A DNA stretch of 64,000 nt from the human T2T-CHM13v2.0 reference genome, Homo sapiens. The first letter of the stretch is position 1. Each line of letters starts with the position of its first letter. The position numbers and the translations under genes were made by a program. The notes beneath the pieces are model-generated. The model made no database searches. It had not been told where the DNA came from and worked only from the letters and a program-made list of their open reading frames with translations. The stretch lies in NCBI RefSeq assembly GCF_009914755.1, contig NC_060925.1. One strand, 5' to 3'. This document shows positions 1 through 14,911 of the stretch, piece by piece.

Positions 1-179
1 GAAGCTCTGGCATTTGGAGAACATCTTCCCTTATTTAATGCTTAGCCTGTGCCTAAACTGACACACCTTACGTCAGGATAGGGTGGTTGGGCAAGTGGGT
101 GTGTGTAGAGGTTGCTGTACAAGTCAAATGACATTTTCTGCCTGAAGGAGATCACAGAATTAGGGAATGTTGAGTTCAA

Positions 180-452
180 AATTCCTACAGAACAATCTGC
201 CTGCTGTACCAGCGTGTCATTTCCCCATTCTCCTTCCCCTTCTCCAACTACTGTTCAGTCTGTACCCCATTAACCTGCCTTTGCTTTTCTTCATTTTTTT
301 ATGATTACCTGTAATTATCTTATTTGTTGGCTTTTTTATTTATCAGCTGTTTCCCCAATCCCAATATAAGGTTCATGAAAGCAGGGGCCTTGCCTGTCTG
401 TGCCCCAGGCACCCAGTGCCTGGCTGGTAAGCACATATTGAATAATAAATGA
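180..452 (+). mobile_element. Ancient L2 LINE 3' fragment
   Basis: L2-tail-like motifs (aaggttcatgaaagcaggggccttg...cagtgcctggc...atattgaataataaatg); boundaries approximate. Confidence 0.5.
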
Positions 453-665
453 GCATCCCATGAACTCTAGAGCACACCCCTTGTGCATTGTTTCGGGGCC
501 TTTGGAAAATGGCAACCTAAAGGTGCATTATCTAAGAGGAAGAGGAATCTTCAGATTCCTAGATGTATCTTCTCTAAGCCAGTGCTGCTGACCTTACCTC
601 AACTACTGGAGGACAACCTGAGCCACAAAAAGTCATTTAAGTTGCAAAGGCAAAAAGAGCTCTTT

Positions 666-905
666 CTGTAGCATCATGGGTGGTGAAGTGCAAGCTCCGC
701 GGGTCCAGATCACCAGGGCTCAATTCCAGGTCTCCCACCTACCCATCAGGCCACCTTGGGCAGTTAGTTAGCCTCTCTGTGCCTTAGTTCCCAGTGTTGA
801 AAACACAGGTTGTTAGTGTACTTACCTCCCAGGGTTGTAGGAATTAAATGTGTGGATACACATGAAGCTCTCAGCATCCAAAACGGCACCTGGACAGCAT
901 CATTG
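666..905 (+). mobile_element. MIR SINE
   Basis: MIR core cttgggcagttagttagcctctctgtgccttagttccc; many more MIR relics (e.g. ~13.7-14.0, 24.3-24.45, 55.7-55.85, 59.0-59.1, 62.6-62.7 kb) not itemised. Confidence 0.65.
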
Positions 906-2429
906 TCACCATCGTTGCCAACCACTTTGTAAGGTAGGGACTTGTCTCCATTTTAAAAACAGTGAGGTCAAGAACATGGGTGGACATGCTTGCAGTGTGC
1001 TCAAATGCAACCTTAAAGTAAGAGGAGTAGTCCTGAGCAGGGAGTCAAATGGCTGGTGGGCCACCAAGGGCTCTCTGTCCACTGCCACCATAGCCCTGCT
1101 ATGGCCCTGCCTCATCGGTCAGCTTTCACCCTCTCCCCAGGTGCTTCTTCTTGGTCTCTCTCTCACAGCCAGGCCATTTGGTCACTCTACAGCACTACCT
1201 GGCATACCTCCTAGAGAGCTTACTGCCTTTCACTGCCCCCCATGGAAATGCACCACAATGCTCCCCACCTCTGCTGGCCCAGACATGCGTTCAAATCTGT
1301 GGAACCCCTTGCCATGAAGTGCCTGGTCTGTGTGTAGAGCTTTTCCCAGGCAGTAGAAAGAAGAGGAAGATGGCCTATGTTTTGCCCAAGGCCTCATTCT
1401 TTCTGTGCCGAAGCTGCACTGTCCAGACAGTGAAAGTGCCCAGAGAACTTCCTATGTGGCCACCTGGGGTGCCGTTTCTTCGGTGGAACCTGGGGGGAAT
1501 TTCTAGCTAAAACAAAGAAGGGATGAGGAGAATGGAATGAACTTGTTTTTGGTGTCTACTAAGAACTTCACAGACTCTCATTTGATCTTCAGGGTGTTCC
1601 CCTGAGACAAACGTCTTACCTCCATTCTACAGAGGAGGAAATGGGACTCAGAGAGGAAGAGCAACTTGGCCATGGTGGCGCAGCCACTGAACAGAGGGCT
1701 GGGATTCAGACCCAGTGTCTCTAATGGTGAAGTCCTGCTTGGTGACAGCGGTAGGACAAAGGAGGCAAAGGAGGGGCATTTCGAATCTGGGGGGCAGGAG
1801 GGAATGGGCACCAGGATCAGCCAGCCCATCTATGCAAGAAAAACTGGCAGGTGGTTTTGAAATACTTTGATCCCCCCAACCCAAGATGAGAGCCCTTGCT
1901 ACAGAGTTCAGAGGACATTTCAAGTCCAGGCCCCAGTGCTTTGGCATTTTGTTATTACAAAAATGAGGAGGTGATTAAATGGTGTTTACCATCCTTTAAT
2001 CATCAATGACACAATTTTTATGTCTAGGACAAATTTCTGGTATAAATGTTCACAGTGTGCCTTTGAAGGAGGCTGAAAGAGACCACAGATGGCAAGTCCC
2101 AAAGAGTGTTTTCCAAGGCCAGGCTACGTTGTTCTGCAATACCCAAGCCTCATGCAGAAAGTGGCAGTGGGGTTGGCAAGGGCGGCTGCCTCTCGAATAG
2201 CAGGAAACATATTGGTGAGCAGAAAGTTCCTTAACAAAACAGTGTGCGAAGGCAGAGATGGAAAGTAACCATAGCAGACATTCCCCGGGGTCCCTTTCAG
2301 AGCTGGGGTGCAACTGAGTCTGAGGAGGCAACAGAAGATGGAGAAGAGAAACTCCCCAACCCCTACCTCCTGCCCATCAGACTGGTTTTTATTTCTTCGG
2401 CTACAGACAAAAAAGAAATTCCTTTACTC

Positions 2430-2766
<337 letters not shown>

Positions 2767-3828
2767 TTACCCATCAAGTCAGACTTTTCGAAAATTGCTG
2801 TAAACTCTGGCATTGCATACAGAGGGCACTGCATTCAACAAACACCTAATGTCTCCTATACATCAGGTTCTAGGCGAGGCCTCGGGAGCTCAGACCTGCC
2901 CTGGAAGAGGTCATCGTCTATAAGGGAGGCACAAGAGTTTTAGCTGGTGTGTGAGGGTGCCCTACCAGGTAGCCACAGGAAGGCCCTTGCTGGAAGAAGT
3001 CAGCAAAGGCCACACAGACAAGCCACCCTGCCTCTGAGTCTTGACTGGTGAAACAGGAGCTTGCCAGGCAGAGAAGGGGGTAGGGAAGGGCCTTCCAGGC
3101 AGGAGAAAGGGCATGTCCTGAGCTTGGAATGAGAAAGGGCCTGCCCTCCCAGCACATGGCGAGTTCAGAGTGGCTAGTGCCAATGCTTCCAGAGAGATAG
3201 TTAGGCAAGGGGATTGCAAAGGGCCCTGAAGACCACACCAGGGTGTGTGGATTTGACCTAGGCAAAGGAGAGCCAGTGGCGATTTTAACCCAGGGCTGTA
3301 TCAGGACCCAAGTCAGAAGCTCATCTTAGAAGGGCCTCTCTGGCGGCTGCATGCAGGGGAGGCGAGGGTGAGACTGACTGGAGGCATGGAGGTCCGTTTG
3401 GAGGCCTATGCTGAGGCTGGTGCAGTGTAAGCAGGGCCTTGCTGCAGGGCACCAGGCAATGAATAAGGCTCTTGAATAAGGCTCTGGAGGCTTTGTATTT
3501 GCAACCCCACTGCTCTCTTCACATAACCCAGACCGCCAACATACCCTGGAGGGCTGCTGTTGGTGCCTGACCAGTGCCCATGGACATGCAGTCTGGGCTT
3601 CTTCCAACACTTCCTCCAACACTGTCATTGTCACTGGCCTGTGACAGGTACGCCCAAGAAGAGATGGGACCTTCTGCAGTGGCCAAGGCCACCAGTTCTC
3701 CTTGACTTCTGCCTCTATTTCCCCTTTCACACAAAGGGACACTGTCCTCCCCCAATAATGATATTTTAAATAACATAAGGCAGCAAATACCCCCAAACGC
3801 TTGCTATGTGTCAGGCACTGAAGCATAA

Positions 3829-4000
<172 letters not shown>

Positions 4001-4189
4001 TTTTTTAAATGTTTTTTTAATGAATTCTGTTTTTCTTTTGCTTTAAACAGACGTAGGCAGCCTTAAGTTTGTCTCATCCTCACGGTGGAACCTAAGAATT
4101 GCTGTTTATAGTGTTTAACAAGTAGGAACAACACATGCTGTTCAGTAAAGGGTAGGTGAAGCTCTACACATATTACATTTTAAAAAAAA

Positions 4190-4683
<494 letters not shown>

Positions 4684-5240
4684 TGGATTCTCTCTTTTAA
4701 CCACACAACAATCCTAATGGTGGCTCTAGAAGAGTAAGCAATACCTACAATGACAGAAGGGTCCTTGAAAGGAAGGGAGAGCCACTGAAAATCATCTGAA
4801 CCCTGAAATCACAAACCAGCTGCTTCTTGACCAGATGCTTCGTCAAGAAGGTGAGAAGCCTCTTCCTTCTCCACCACCCTCCTCCCTCCACATCCCACCA
4901 GAAATCTGGGGCTTTTCTTCTTTAAGTCCTCTGGTGAATGCTCTTCGTCTATTAGAAACGTCTGTTGAATATTTACCACATTAAAAAAAATCTTCATTAA
5001 TTGATGAGGTGAGTTTTCTTTGAGGATGTTCATTTCTCCCCAAGCTGGGAAATGGCTCTGACATTTAATGAGGTGGTCTGTGGCTTTCACGGCGTGCTCA
5101 TTAGTTACACTTCTCAATTCCTGGCTTAAAAAAAAGACATTAAACTCCTACGGGCACACAATGAATTCCTTTGCCCCTAACATTTACCCCTCTATAATGA
5201 GGCTCTAGAGAGTGCCTTGGAAGCTGTTTCATGCCAAGTA

Positions 5241-5321
5241 TCAGGTTGGTGCAAAAGTAATCGCGGTTTTTGCCATTTAAAAGTAATGGCAAAAACCACG
5301 ATTACTTTTGGACCAACCTAC
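5241..5321. mobile_element. MADE1 (Hsmar1-derived mariner MITE), palindromic
   Basis: ~37-bp TIRs (aggttggtgcaaaagtaatcgcggtttttgccatt / aatggcaaaaaccacgattacttttggaccaacct) flanked by TA target duplications. Confidence 0.93.
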
Positions 5322-5628
5322 TATTTACTGCATGGAATGCTATTTGGGGAGTTGAGGGCAGTGTGAGCTGCAGCTGGTCCAACTGGTTAGAAATGCGTCA
5401 AAGCAGGATTCTACTGTGATTCACTTAGGAAGATAACTCAGCTGGCAGTGTGAAGCAAGACCAGAAGGGTTCTAGACAATTGCTTCTGCAAACTTTCTCA
5501 TGTACCATTTTAAGAAATGCTATATTTCTTAAAATGACTAGCTGTCAGCAGGTGCTTTTCATGGATGGAGGTTTACATTGCTAAGTTAAGGATGACAGTT
5601 CTTTGTTCTTTTATGAAAAGGCCAGCAA

Positions 5629-5845
5629 ACCAGCCTGGGCAACACAGTGGGACTCTGTCTCTACAAAAAGATTAAAAAAAATTAACCAGGTGTGATAGCG
5701 CACACTGTAGTCCCAGCTACTCAAGAGGCTGAGGCGGAAGGATCGCTTGAGCTTGGGAACTCAAGGCTGCAGTGAACCATGATTGCCTCACTGCACTCCA
5801 GCCTAGGTGACAGAGTGAGACCCCGCATCCAAAAGAAAAGAAAAG
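5629..5845 (+). mobile_element. 5'-truncated AluJ
   Basis: Starts within left arm; degenerate TSD gaaaaggcYagca. Confidence 0.85.
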
Positions 5846-6454
5846 GCTAGCAGAAAGTTCCGCCATCATTAGGGCCGTATGTCAAAGAGATGTCCCATGC
5901 AGTTCCTGAGAAGGTGAAGATCTTGGGGTTCAGTCAGTACTCCCCCATAATCCAGAGGTCAAAGTATGCCAGCAGGGAATGAAGCCTCAGGGGAAAGATG
6001 CACTGGAGTGAGGTCAGAGATCAGAGAGCAGAGCCTCTGAAGCCCTTTGAAATGGCAACTCTCGCTTCCCTAGGGAGCCACAGATATTTAGAAGATGCAG
6101 TTTCTCCTCTGGTCTTCTTGAAGCAGAATCAGGAACCACCCAGGAAAATGCCTGTCAGGGTTCTGTGGCTTGGGCCTTCTATGGAAGGTGGTATCCAGTG
6201 GGCCGCATGCTGATAGCAAGCAATGTGGTGGGCCCAACCTCCCTTGAGTTATTGTTAAATCCAAGTATTTCCTAGAATAAAGTTAACAGCTAGATACCGG
6301 AAATATGTTTTCACTAGTACAACTGCCCTGTCTGAGCAGGGTTCTCTCAGAAGAGCTCCTAATTACACTACTGTCTGGGGTAAAGACTCCTGGCCTCCAT
6401 ACTAGGAGATCTTACTCCAGTCTTGACTGTCATGTAAAAGCTTTAGCCTTTCTT

Positions 6455-6580
6455 GGCCAGGGGTGGCTCACGCCTGTTATCCCAGCACTTTGGGAGGCCT
6501 AGGCGGGAGGATTGCTCTAGGCCAGGAGTTCAAGACCAGCCTGGGCAACATAGCAAGACCTCATCTCTACTTTTTTTTTA
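6455..6580 (+). mobile_element. FLAM_C-like Alu left monomer
   Basis: Single arm, perfect 18-bp TSD AAAAGCTTTAGCCTTTCT (6436-6453 / 6581-6598); tail is T9. Confidence 0.88.
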
Positions 6581-7836
6581 AAAAGCTTTAGCCTTTCTGA
6601 ACCTTATCTGACATGCAAAGATGTTAACACCTGCCCTGCCTGCTTTCCAAAACTGTTCTGAGGAACAGAGAGAGAAGAAACACGGAAACACTTTGTAAAC
6701 TCAAAGAGCCTGTGCCCACGCCAAGTTAGGAGGTTAAATGTCACAGTGGCTCATATGGACCTGAGCCTCTAGACCAGATCTGAACCCCAGTCCCCTGTTT
6801 CTGCTGACCAAATCCCTTCCAGAACAGTCCTTAAAGCCTGGACATTGACCTTAATTTCAGGTTCCCTAGACACTCATGTAAAACGTCAAATCTTTACAAG
6901 TACTCTAGATGCTGAAAGTTGTGTGTTCTCAAAACATAAAAAAGCAAGAAAGAATCGAATACTTCCATGCCAAAAAATATCCAGTCCTCCCAAAACGTGG
7001 ACATACAATGCCTGCACACTATCTGGAGCCCAGACCTGGTCCGTAAAGCAGGAACTGGCCTCGTCCATCATGATCATGAGACAGAAGGTCAAAGTTAGAA
7101 AGGCCTCTGAGCCACTTTCTTTTGGAGGGAAGTGGATGCCAAGACCAGCTGTCTTAGAAACCAAGGGGAGGTGCAGAGTGACCAGGTGGTCATCCTCCCA
7201 AACACAGAAAACAAAACAACTCTTTCCCTAAATCCCACTTCCAGAAGGATTCGCATTTTGCACTCGTGAAACGATTTCCTGGCTGAGAGCTGACCTACAT
7301 TGCCGTTCCTACCCACACTGGTAATTGTTTACCACAGGGTGCCTGTTCTTTGGCCACTGTCCTTACTCTGGTGTTCAGCCTGTTAATTGCTTTCCAGTGG
7401 TTCTGTTGCACCAACTGTACTGAATGCCTCCCTGGGATCTATCCACTGCTTCCTTGGGCATGCTTAAGGGGACAGATACCCCAAAGGCATCACAGTGACC
7501 CCAAAGAGGCATTCCACCCACAAAAGCCATCTTCGAAGAAGGGGGTCACTTAAAACTGTCCTTGAAAAATGTTTGTGACCACATAAAAATGGAGAAGGTG
7601 GGGGTACAAAGGAAATAAGAGGGGAAGGCAGGCAGGTGAACGTGAAGGAGATGTGTTCTCTCTTCTTTCTTTCTTAAGGCCAAAGAATGAGCAAAGCGGA
7701 AAAGAATTGTGGGGGCAGAGAGGGGAGCTGGCTCAAATGTTGCACTGAAGGAGAGGCAGGGGAGCTCTAGTCTCTTGGCTGAGAAGCCTAAGAGTCTATC
7801 TAGTACAAGCCAAAGAGTCTATAGGGTCACGAATCG

Positions 7837-7855
7837 AAGCGCCCTCGGCGGGTCA
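7837..7855 (-). promoter_or_regulatory. Candidate CTCF site (reverse orientation)
   Basis: Minus strand TGACCCGCCGAGGGCGCTT vs consensus TGGCCACCAGGGGGCGCTA; local CpG retention. Confidence 0.4.
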
Positions 7856-8051
7856 CAGTTGAGAGCCCTTCCCTGTGACCAAGTCCGATCTTTTCATTCT
7901 CCAGATGAGGAGACTGGATCAGAGAGGGAGTGACTTAGCCTCCACTCTGAGTGGAGGCATCTAGACTAGCTCCTCAGACTTCCCGACTCCCAAGCCTTTC
8001 TGCTCATTGGACAAATGCCATTTATACCTTCCCCTCTAGAGCTCCATATAA

Positions 8052-8368
<317 letters not shown>

Positions 8369-10663
8369 TGTCCGTTTTATTTGTATCTGTCTCCTGAGAG
8401 AGCCTTGGAAAGTACTGACACATGGAAAGAACTCAACAAACATCTTTTGGGAAAAGAAATGTCCTACTTAGCTACCCTTTCACCTTAAGGCGTAGAGGAT
8501 TTGAGGTATCTTCAGGCTGTGTGAGGGCTCTGACCTGTGTTACATGGGGGTTCCCTTAGGCTTAGTCATCTGTGGAGGGTTGCTGTTATGACAGTCTGAG
8601 GCTCATCACAGGGTGGATTCTGTCATGTGGGAGTTGCAGGGATGGGAAGGCGTATGAAATTATGAATTGTTCCAAAGTCTTTTAGTGAAAGGAATTCAGA
8701 GAGGAAAAGAGAAGAACCAGCCAATGCAGAACAACTAGCAGGCTAACAGCCTCAAGATCAAGGCCAGGGGAGGAGGGAAAGGGGATCCGGCATGTGTGGT
8801 TGGGGAGGGACAGGCTCAGTGCAGGACACTGAGTCACGCGCTGAGGGCCTTGCCAGTGTCAAGGACGAAAGGCTTGTCTGAGAGTTCTTCTGATAAATGA
8901 TCGCAGAGCTTCCGGGATACGTTAGCTTTTAGACTATGCTGGGGATATCACCAGGATGCATTTGGAGCCAGGTCTCTGGTCAGGAGCACACCCCAGTTAT
9001 GACGGTGTTTCTGTGGGAAAATATGGTCTGCATCATGAAGATATTCTTTACAACTCCTTTTCCAGGATGTGTTGGCTTGGAAAACTGAACTGTCTATGAG
9101 TCTACATCTCAACAGGCTCCCGGGCACTGAAACAAAGCCCAGTTGTAACCAAGTGCGTTGGAGGAGAAGCATTTTGGAGGGCAGGACAGTGACCCTGGAG
9201 AGGGGATAGAACCAGGTGGAGCAGGCCCTGGAGAGGGGCCAGCTCTCTGTGTAGGGGCAGCTTGGGGCAAACCTGGGGCAAACCAGGCCATGTGATGCTG
9301 CACTGTGACTCAGGCACCTGAGGGTTTGTCAAGTCTTGGCCAGTTCAGGACATTCCAGTCCACAAAGGTCCCTGAGTCAGATTCCCTAGGCTAGAAGAGA
9401 AAAGGGCATTCAAAGTTTCCCTTACTCAAATCAACCTCTTAAAAAATGAAATCAAAGCATTGAGTTTAAAGGTTAACTGCGCACCCTTCATACTCACGTA
9501 TACAGCCTGAAACTCTGCCAGCAACCTTCGGTTTAAGGCAAGATGGGCTTGGTCCTTCCTGCTGGGATGATGGCCTAGGAGTTAAGGGAAGGGCCCAGGC
9601 TCTGAAGGAAGAGAATGCAGCCGAGAGATCCTTTTGCTGTTTTAGGATAGCCATGAGAAACTAGACTACGATTTATCCCAAAGCATAGCCATATGTTTCA
9701 AGTCAACATTTAGGATTTTCTTTTGAAGGAATGAAGTTAGGCATTGGTTTTAACCTTTCCCTCCACCCCTGAAACTGACACTGAATAATGCAGCTAGCAT
9801 TTCCCCCTCCACAATCGTGGGCAACAGTCTACTGCGTGGATGTGCCTTTTAGCTGTAGATTGGCTGAAAAGTCCAAGTACTGCGCAGTTCCTCACGGCAG
9901 TCCTGTTTCATCCAGGTCACGGCAGTCTCCAGAGAGCAGAAAACAAGGGTGCTGGCCCCACCCCTTGTCTGGGATCTCAAGACCAGAAACCCAGAGTTGC
10001 AGGAGTTTCTAAGAAGCAGGAGAAGGAGGTAGAACTGAGATCAGAGGCTCAAATTTTTCCTTATCAGGGAAAAGGGGATAAGAAATTTTGGGGCCAACAT
10101 TCCGTAAACTCTCGTTCCCTTCTCCACCTTCAGGGCACGAGTGACCCTCTGTGGCCCCTCCTGCTCCCTAACCCAGTGTAATTTACATGATCTTATCCTG
10201 TGTGAGTTTCAGGGCCGATTGGAGTGTAAGGGGCAGGGCAGATAACTGAATTTTCTCCAGCCCTGCACCCATCACCGAGAGTCCAGCCAAGGCATTCTGT
10301 AGAACAGTAAATAACTGACAACTTCTCTTTAGACATCAGCCCCCAGCATATGTTCACCTCCACCTCAGCAGAGCTCTGAAATGCCACTCAACCGAAATTA
10401 GCTTTTTCACCTTCTGGTTTCCTCACCGTGGCATGGTGCCAAGACTGCTGAACTGCGCCTCAAATGATGAGGTTCTGTAGCGTCAAAGCTGCCACTGGCT
10501 GGCTGTGTGACACTCAGGAAATCCATTTCCTTCTCTGGATTTGCTTTGGCCTCAAGCTCCTTTGGTATCAAACGAGAAAGGTTGATTCTCAGTCCATTTC
10601 AAGGTTTCTCCACTAATTTAAAAAAAAAAAAAAAAAAAAAAAGCAACTGGGGCTTTTTTCTCT

Positions 10664-10682
10664 CTTCCACTAGATGGCGATG
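10664..10682 (+). promoter_or_regulatory. Candidate CTCF site (forward) at edge of small CpG-rich patch (~10670-11010)
   Basis: CCACTAGATGGCG matches CCASYAGRKGGCR, next to a poly(A) tract and a CpG-rich stretch. Confidence 0.65.
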
Positions 10683-11563
10683 TGTCTCCAACTGCAGCCG
10701 GCCAGGCCGGGAGCGCTCCCGAGGGCATTTGTTCAGGGGTTCCACTTGGCCGAGCACAGCGGAGGCGCCGGAGGCGGCTGCTCTCCCAGGACCCGGCCAA
10801 GAGGGTGCAATCCGGCTCTGCAGGTTGAATCAGGGCAAAACAGGAAATGGCCAGGAGCTTAAACTGCAGAGAGCAATTTGGTTTTAAAAGGGCAAAGCTT
10901 CGGATTGGACAGGCCAGGCAGGTTCCTGAAGGCAGGTTCCTGGGCTCTGAACCCCGTACGGGCACCCCGTTTCCCCAACTCAGGCCACCAGAGGATTCTG
11001 GCGCAGGCTCTGTGCTGGGTCTTTCTTCATCTGCAGCTCACCTTTCGAGAATGTCAGCCTCTAAAAATTCTAGAATGTAGAACCAAATGCTTGAAGCATT
11101 AGAAGGGACTTTAGGGCCAGTGCCCTCCGCTGCAGAGTCTGGCCAAGGCATCCCAGAGGGGTGGCGTCCAGGTCACTGTGCCCATCACCTTTCCTCATCT
11201 CTGTTCAAGTGGAAGATGACAAGCCTGACATCTCTTTCAAGCTATCATCTTAATAATTTTTTTTTTAGAGAAGGTTAGATAGTTCAAGTCAACAAATGTT
11301 CAAGAATAACAGTGTTTTAAAATGTAATCAGTAATGCTTTTTTGAATACTTAAATTAATAAAGTATCGGGTGAAAATATTTATGTCTTCTGTAGCGCAGG
11401 GCCAAGGGTGGGGGGAACTGAATAAAAGGCATCTAAAGCTACGTGAAATGTTTGGATATAGATGGGCAAATGCTAGAGTATAAGGAACAAACAGAAAGAT
11501 GGTTTGGTTTGTGGCATTTCTGTGATTATGGATAATTTTTTTCTTCTTAAATTTAGAATGTTT

Positions 11564-11849
<286 letters not shown>

Positions 11850-12610
11850 AAATTTAGAATGCTCTTGGCTTTGCTCTGATATTTGAAAAATATCAATAGC
11901 AAATCCCTAATGATTAGGATCTATTGACTTCTAAAAAACCTCCTGTATTTCCCTAAAATTTTCCCCCTTTCAAGTTCTCTGCCCAAAGGTCAGCGTTTCC
12001 TTGCAAATGTGACTATTTTTTTAGTTATTTTAAAGATTCTCTCTCTGAACTTCACCATTGATGCTTTTCCCATTGATTTGTTAAAATGTCATATTTTGGC
12101 TATAACAGAATAATAATTTGTTCTTCCTTCATTAAAATGGGGGCAATACAATATCAAAAACATTTATAAAAAATTCTTGTATAATCTCACCACTATAAAA
12201 TAACTTCCTTCACTATGTATAGTTCTGTCTGGAGGCTGGCCACATATATAGGTATTTTTATATAGTTGTAATCATAGAGTATATGTTATTTTACAGAATA
12301 CTTCTTTTTAAAGACTTGCCAAATTTTTATCCAGTATGTTGCCAATGCCAAAGTGTCAATACCTAATTCCAAGATCCTTCAGAAGGATGTCCAGTTAAAA
12401 GCCAAAATGATACTGGGGAATTTCATTACCTAACGTGACCTACTTAGTTCTCAGACACAGTAATACCTGTGGGTTCTGAACAGAATAAAAGAGGCATCCA
12501 CATATGTGATTCGGCCACCCTCAGCTGGATCCTCCAATATCATTTTGGCTTTTAAGTGAATGTTCTTCTGAAGGATCTTTGGATTACGTATTGACACTTG
12601 GGCAATGGAA

Positions 12611-12764
12611 ACAGAGATTGGATAAAAATTGCCCCCTCTGCATTCCTCTGAGTGTCTCTGTTTAGCACTTTAGAAGTTCTCTCTCCCGTCGTTTCTCGTT
12701 CATCTGTCTGTGTGTGGTGGAGCTGGGGTAGCATCTCCTATCTTTCTCTCCTGTCCCACTGCTA
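12611..12764 (+). repeat. Local direct duplication, copy A (partner 14423-14587)
   Basis: ~90% identical by manual alignment; not a recognised interspersed repeat. Confidence 0.9.
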
Positions 12765-14037
12765 AGCACAGCACTGTCCACTCCGGAATTTACCCCATGA
12801 GAGACCCCTAGGAGTGCATCTTGTTTTGTCAGAAACGATGGGCTACAGCCTATAGCAGAAATCACGCTCCTTGAAAGAAGGTAAGAAAGAAGAAGGAACC
12901 ATCCCCCAAATCCCAATGTTAAAGAAGAAGGAGAAATATCTCTCAAGTACTAAGACTTCGCCTTCCAGCTCCTACCTGGCAAGAAGCTATGGCACCAACC
13001 ACCACAATCACACAGGTTTATGCACACCATTAACTGCCCCAGTCCTTCCACAAACTCAATGATATCCTTCACTGGTCTATGAAAATCTAGAGAATCCAGA
13101 ACAGCTCCTTTTTCCAGGGTAGTGCTACCTGCTCACCCGCCCACACATCAGGCAGCCTCTAGGTGCTGAGCCTTCCTGAGAAGAAGCAGGAGTGATGTCA
13201 ATTAAGGAGACAGGGGAGTCACTTCAAGACCAGATATATTTTTTGCTACACAAAGAGGTTCAGAAATCACTTTACAACACAGTATTTGTGTTTTAAGTAC
13301 CTACAGAACAAGTCAAGATCAGTGGTAATGTTTAATGAAAACAAATACAAAATAAACGACTATTGTATCCTTCAATTTTGCTCAGAGAAGCCTTGCAGAT
13401 ACCAGTAACGAGACATGGTGGGGCGGTAATTAAAATGCAGACTTTGCTTTCATGCCATTACCGGGTCAGCATGTGCACGACTTGCTAAAATCCTTCCCGG
13501 TGATGGCATTTACTTGATACTTCTCTGCAATGTTATATGAAAACATTCCGTGCAACCCCAGATTCCAGGACAAAAGAGGTACATTTTAATGAAGCTTTAT
13601 CACATAGTCATCTATTTATACCCTGCCTTGAGTCAGAAGGGACTTAGGTAGCCAATAACGACAACAATAATAATAGAAACAGTTGCCATATGTGAGGAAC
13701 TATTACATGTCAGACACTGCATATGAGGTGCTTTATTTACATTGCCTATAATTTTACAGAAATCCCTCCAGGAGAGATGGCATTAGAGAGGGAGCAGGTG
13801 CAGAGGTTAAGAACTCAGGCCCTAAAGTCTATTTGGCTTTGATCCTGACCCCACTACCTACTAGCTATGAGACACCAGCAAGTTACGTAAACTCTCTGGG
13901 TCTCAGTGCATTATCTGTACAATATAATACAGATATTAGTAACTACCTCATAAGGTTAAGGATTAAATGAGATCAGCCATATACAGTGTTGAGAACAGTG
14001 CCTGGCACATAGGGAGGGCTCAATTAACATTAGTACA

Positions 14038-14425
14038 GTGGCAGAGACTTTTAATGGTCACCCGTAGCCCATGTGCTCTTCTAAACTTCCAATCTTCTAG
14101 GAGTTAGGCAAAGCCATGTGGCTAGTTTTAGTCAACAAAATATCAGTGGAGGTGACATGTGTCATGTCTGGACACAACGTTTAACAGCCAGTGTATGGCC
14201 TTTTTAGTGCTCTCTTCCCTGCCTCAGTGACCCTAGAAGCTGCCTGTTGGTGGCAACACCAGATGGAAGATAACTGCATCCCGGGGTCCCCAGATGGGGC
14301 AGGGCCCTGGTGATGCACATCAGATTTTGCTTGAGCAAAAAATCAGTTTTTGCTGTACTAAGCTCCTGATGTTTCCAGACTTATTTGTTTCTGCAGCATA
14401 GTATACCTTAGCCCTGACTAGCACA
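14038..14425 (+). mobile_element. MLT1-family (MaLR) solo LTR
   Basis: ttaggcaaagccatgtggctagttttagtcaac... ending tttgtttctgcagcatag...ctgactagcaca. Confidence 0.7.
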
Positions 14426-14587
14426 GACATTGGATAAAAATTGCCCTTTCTGCACTCCTCTGGGTGTCCTCTGGGTGTCTCTGTTTAGCCCTTTAGAAGT
14501 TCTCTCTCCTGTAGTTTCTTGTTCACCTATCTGTATGTAGTGGAGCTGAGGTAGCATGTCCTATCTTTCTCTCCTGGCCCACTGCTA
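14423..14587 (+). repeat. Local direct duplication, copy B
   Basis: Copy of 12611-12764 with an extra internal 11-bp duplication (cctctgggtgt). Confidence 0.9.
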
Positions 14588-14594
14588 TTATGTT

Positions 14595-14911
14595 CTTTTT
14601 TTTTTTTTTTTTTTTTTTTTTGAGGCAAGGTCTGGCTCTGCCATGCAGGCTGTAGTGCAGTGGCATGATCACAGCTCCCTGCAGCCCCAAACTCCTGGGC
14701 TCAAGTAATCCCCTCCCACCTCAGCCTCCTGAGTAGGTGGGACTACAGGTGTGTGCCACCATGCCTGGCCAATATTCTTACTATTTTATTTTATTTGTGG
14801 AGATGGAGTCTTGCTATGTTGCCCAGGCTGGTCTCAAACTCCTGGGCTCAAGCCATCCTCTCCTCAGCCTCCCAAAGTGCTCAGATCACAGGTGTGAGCC
14901 ACTGTGCCCAG
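14595..14911 (-). mobile_element. AluJ
   Basis: Dimeric Alu, long T tract. Confidence 0.9.
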
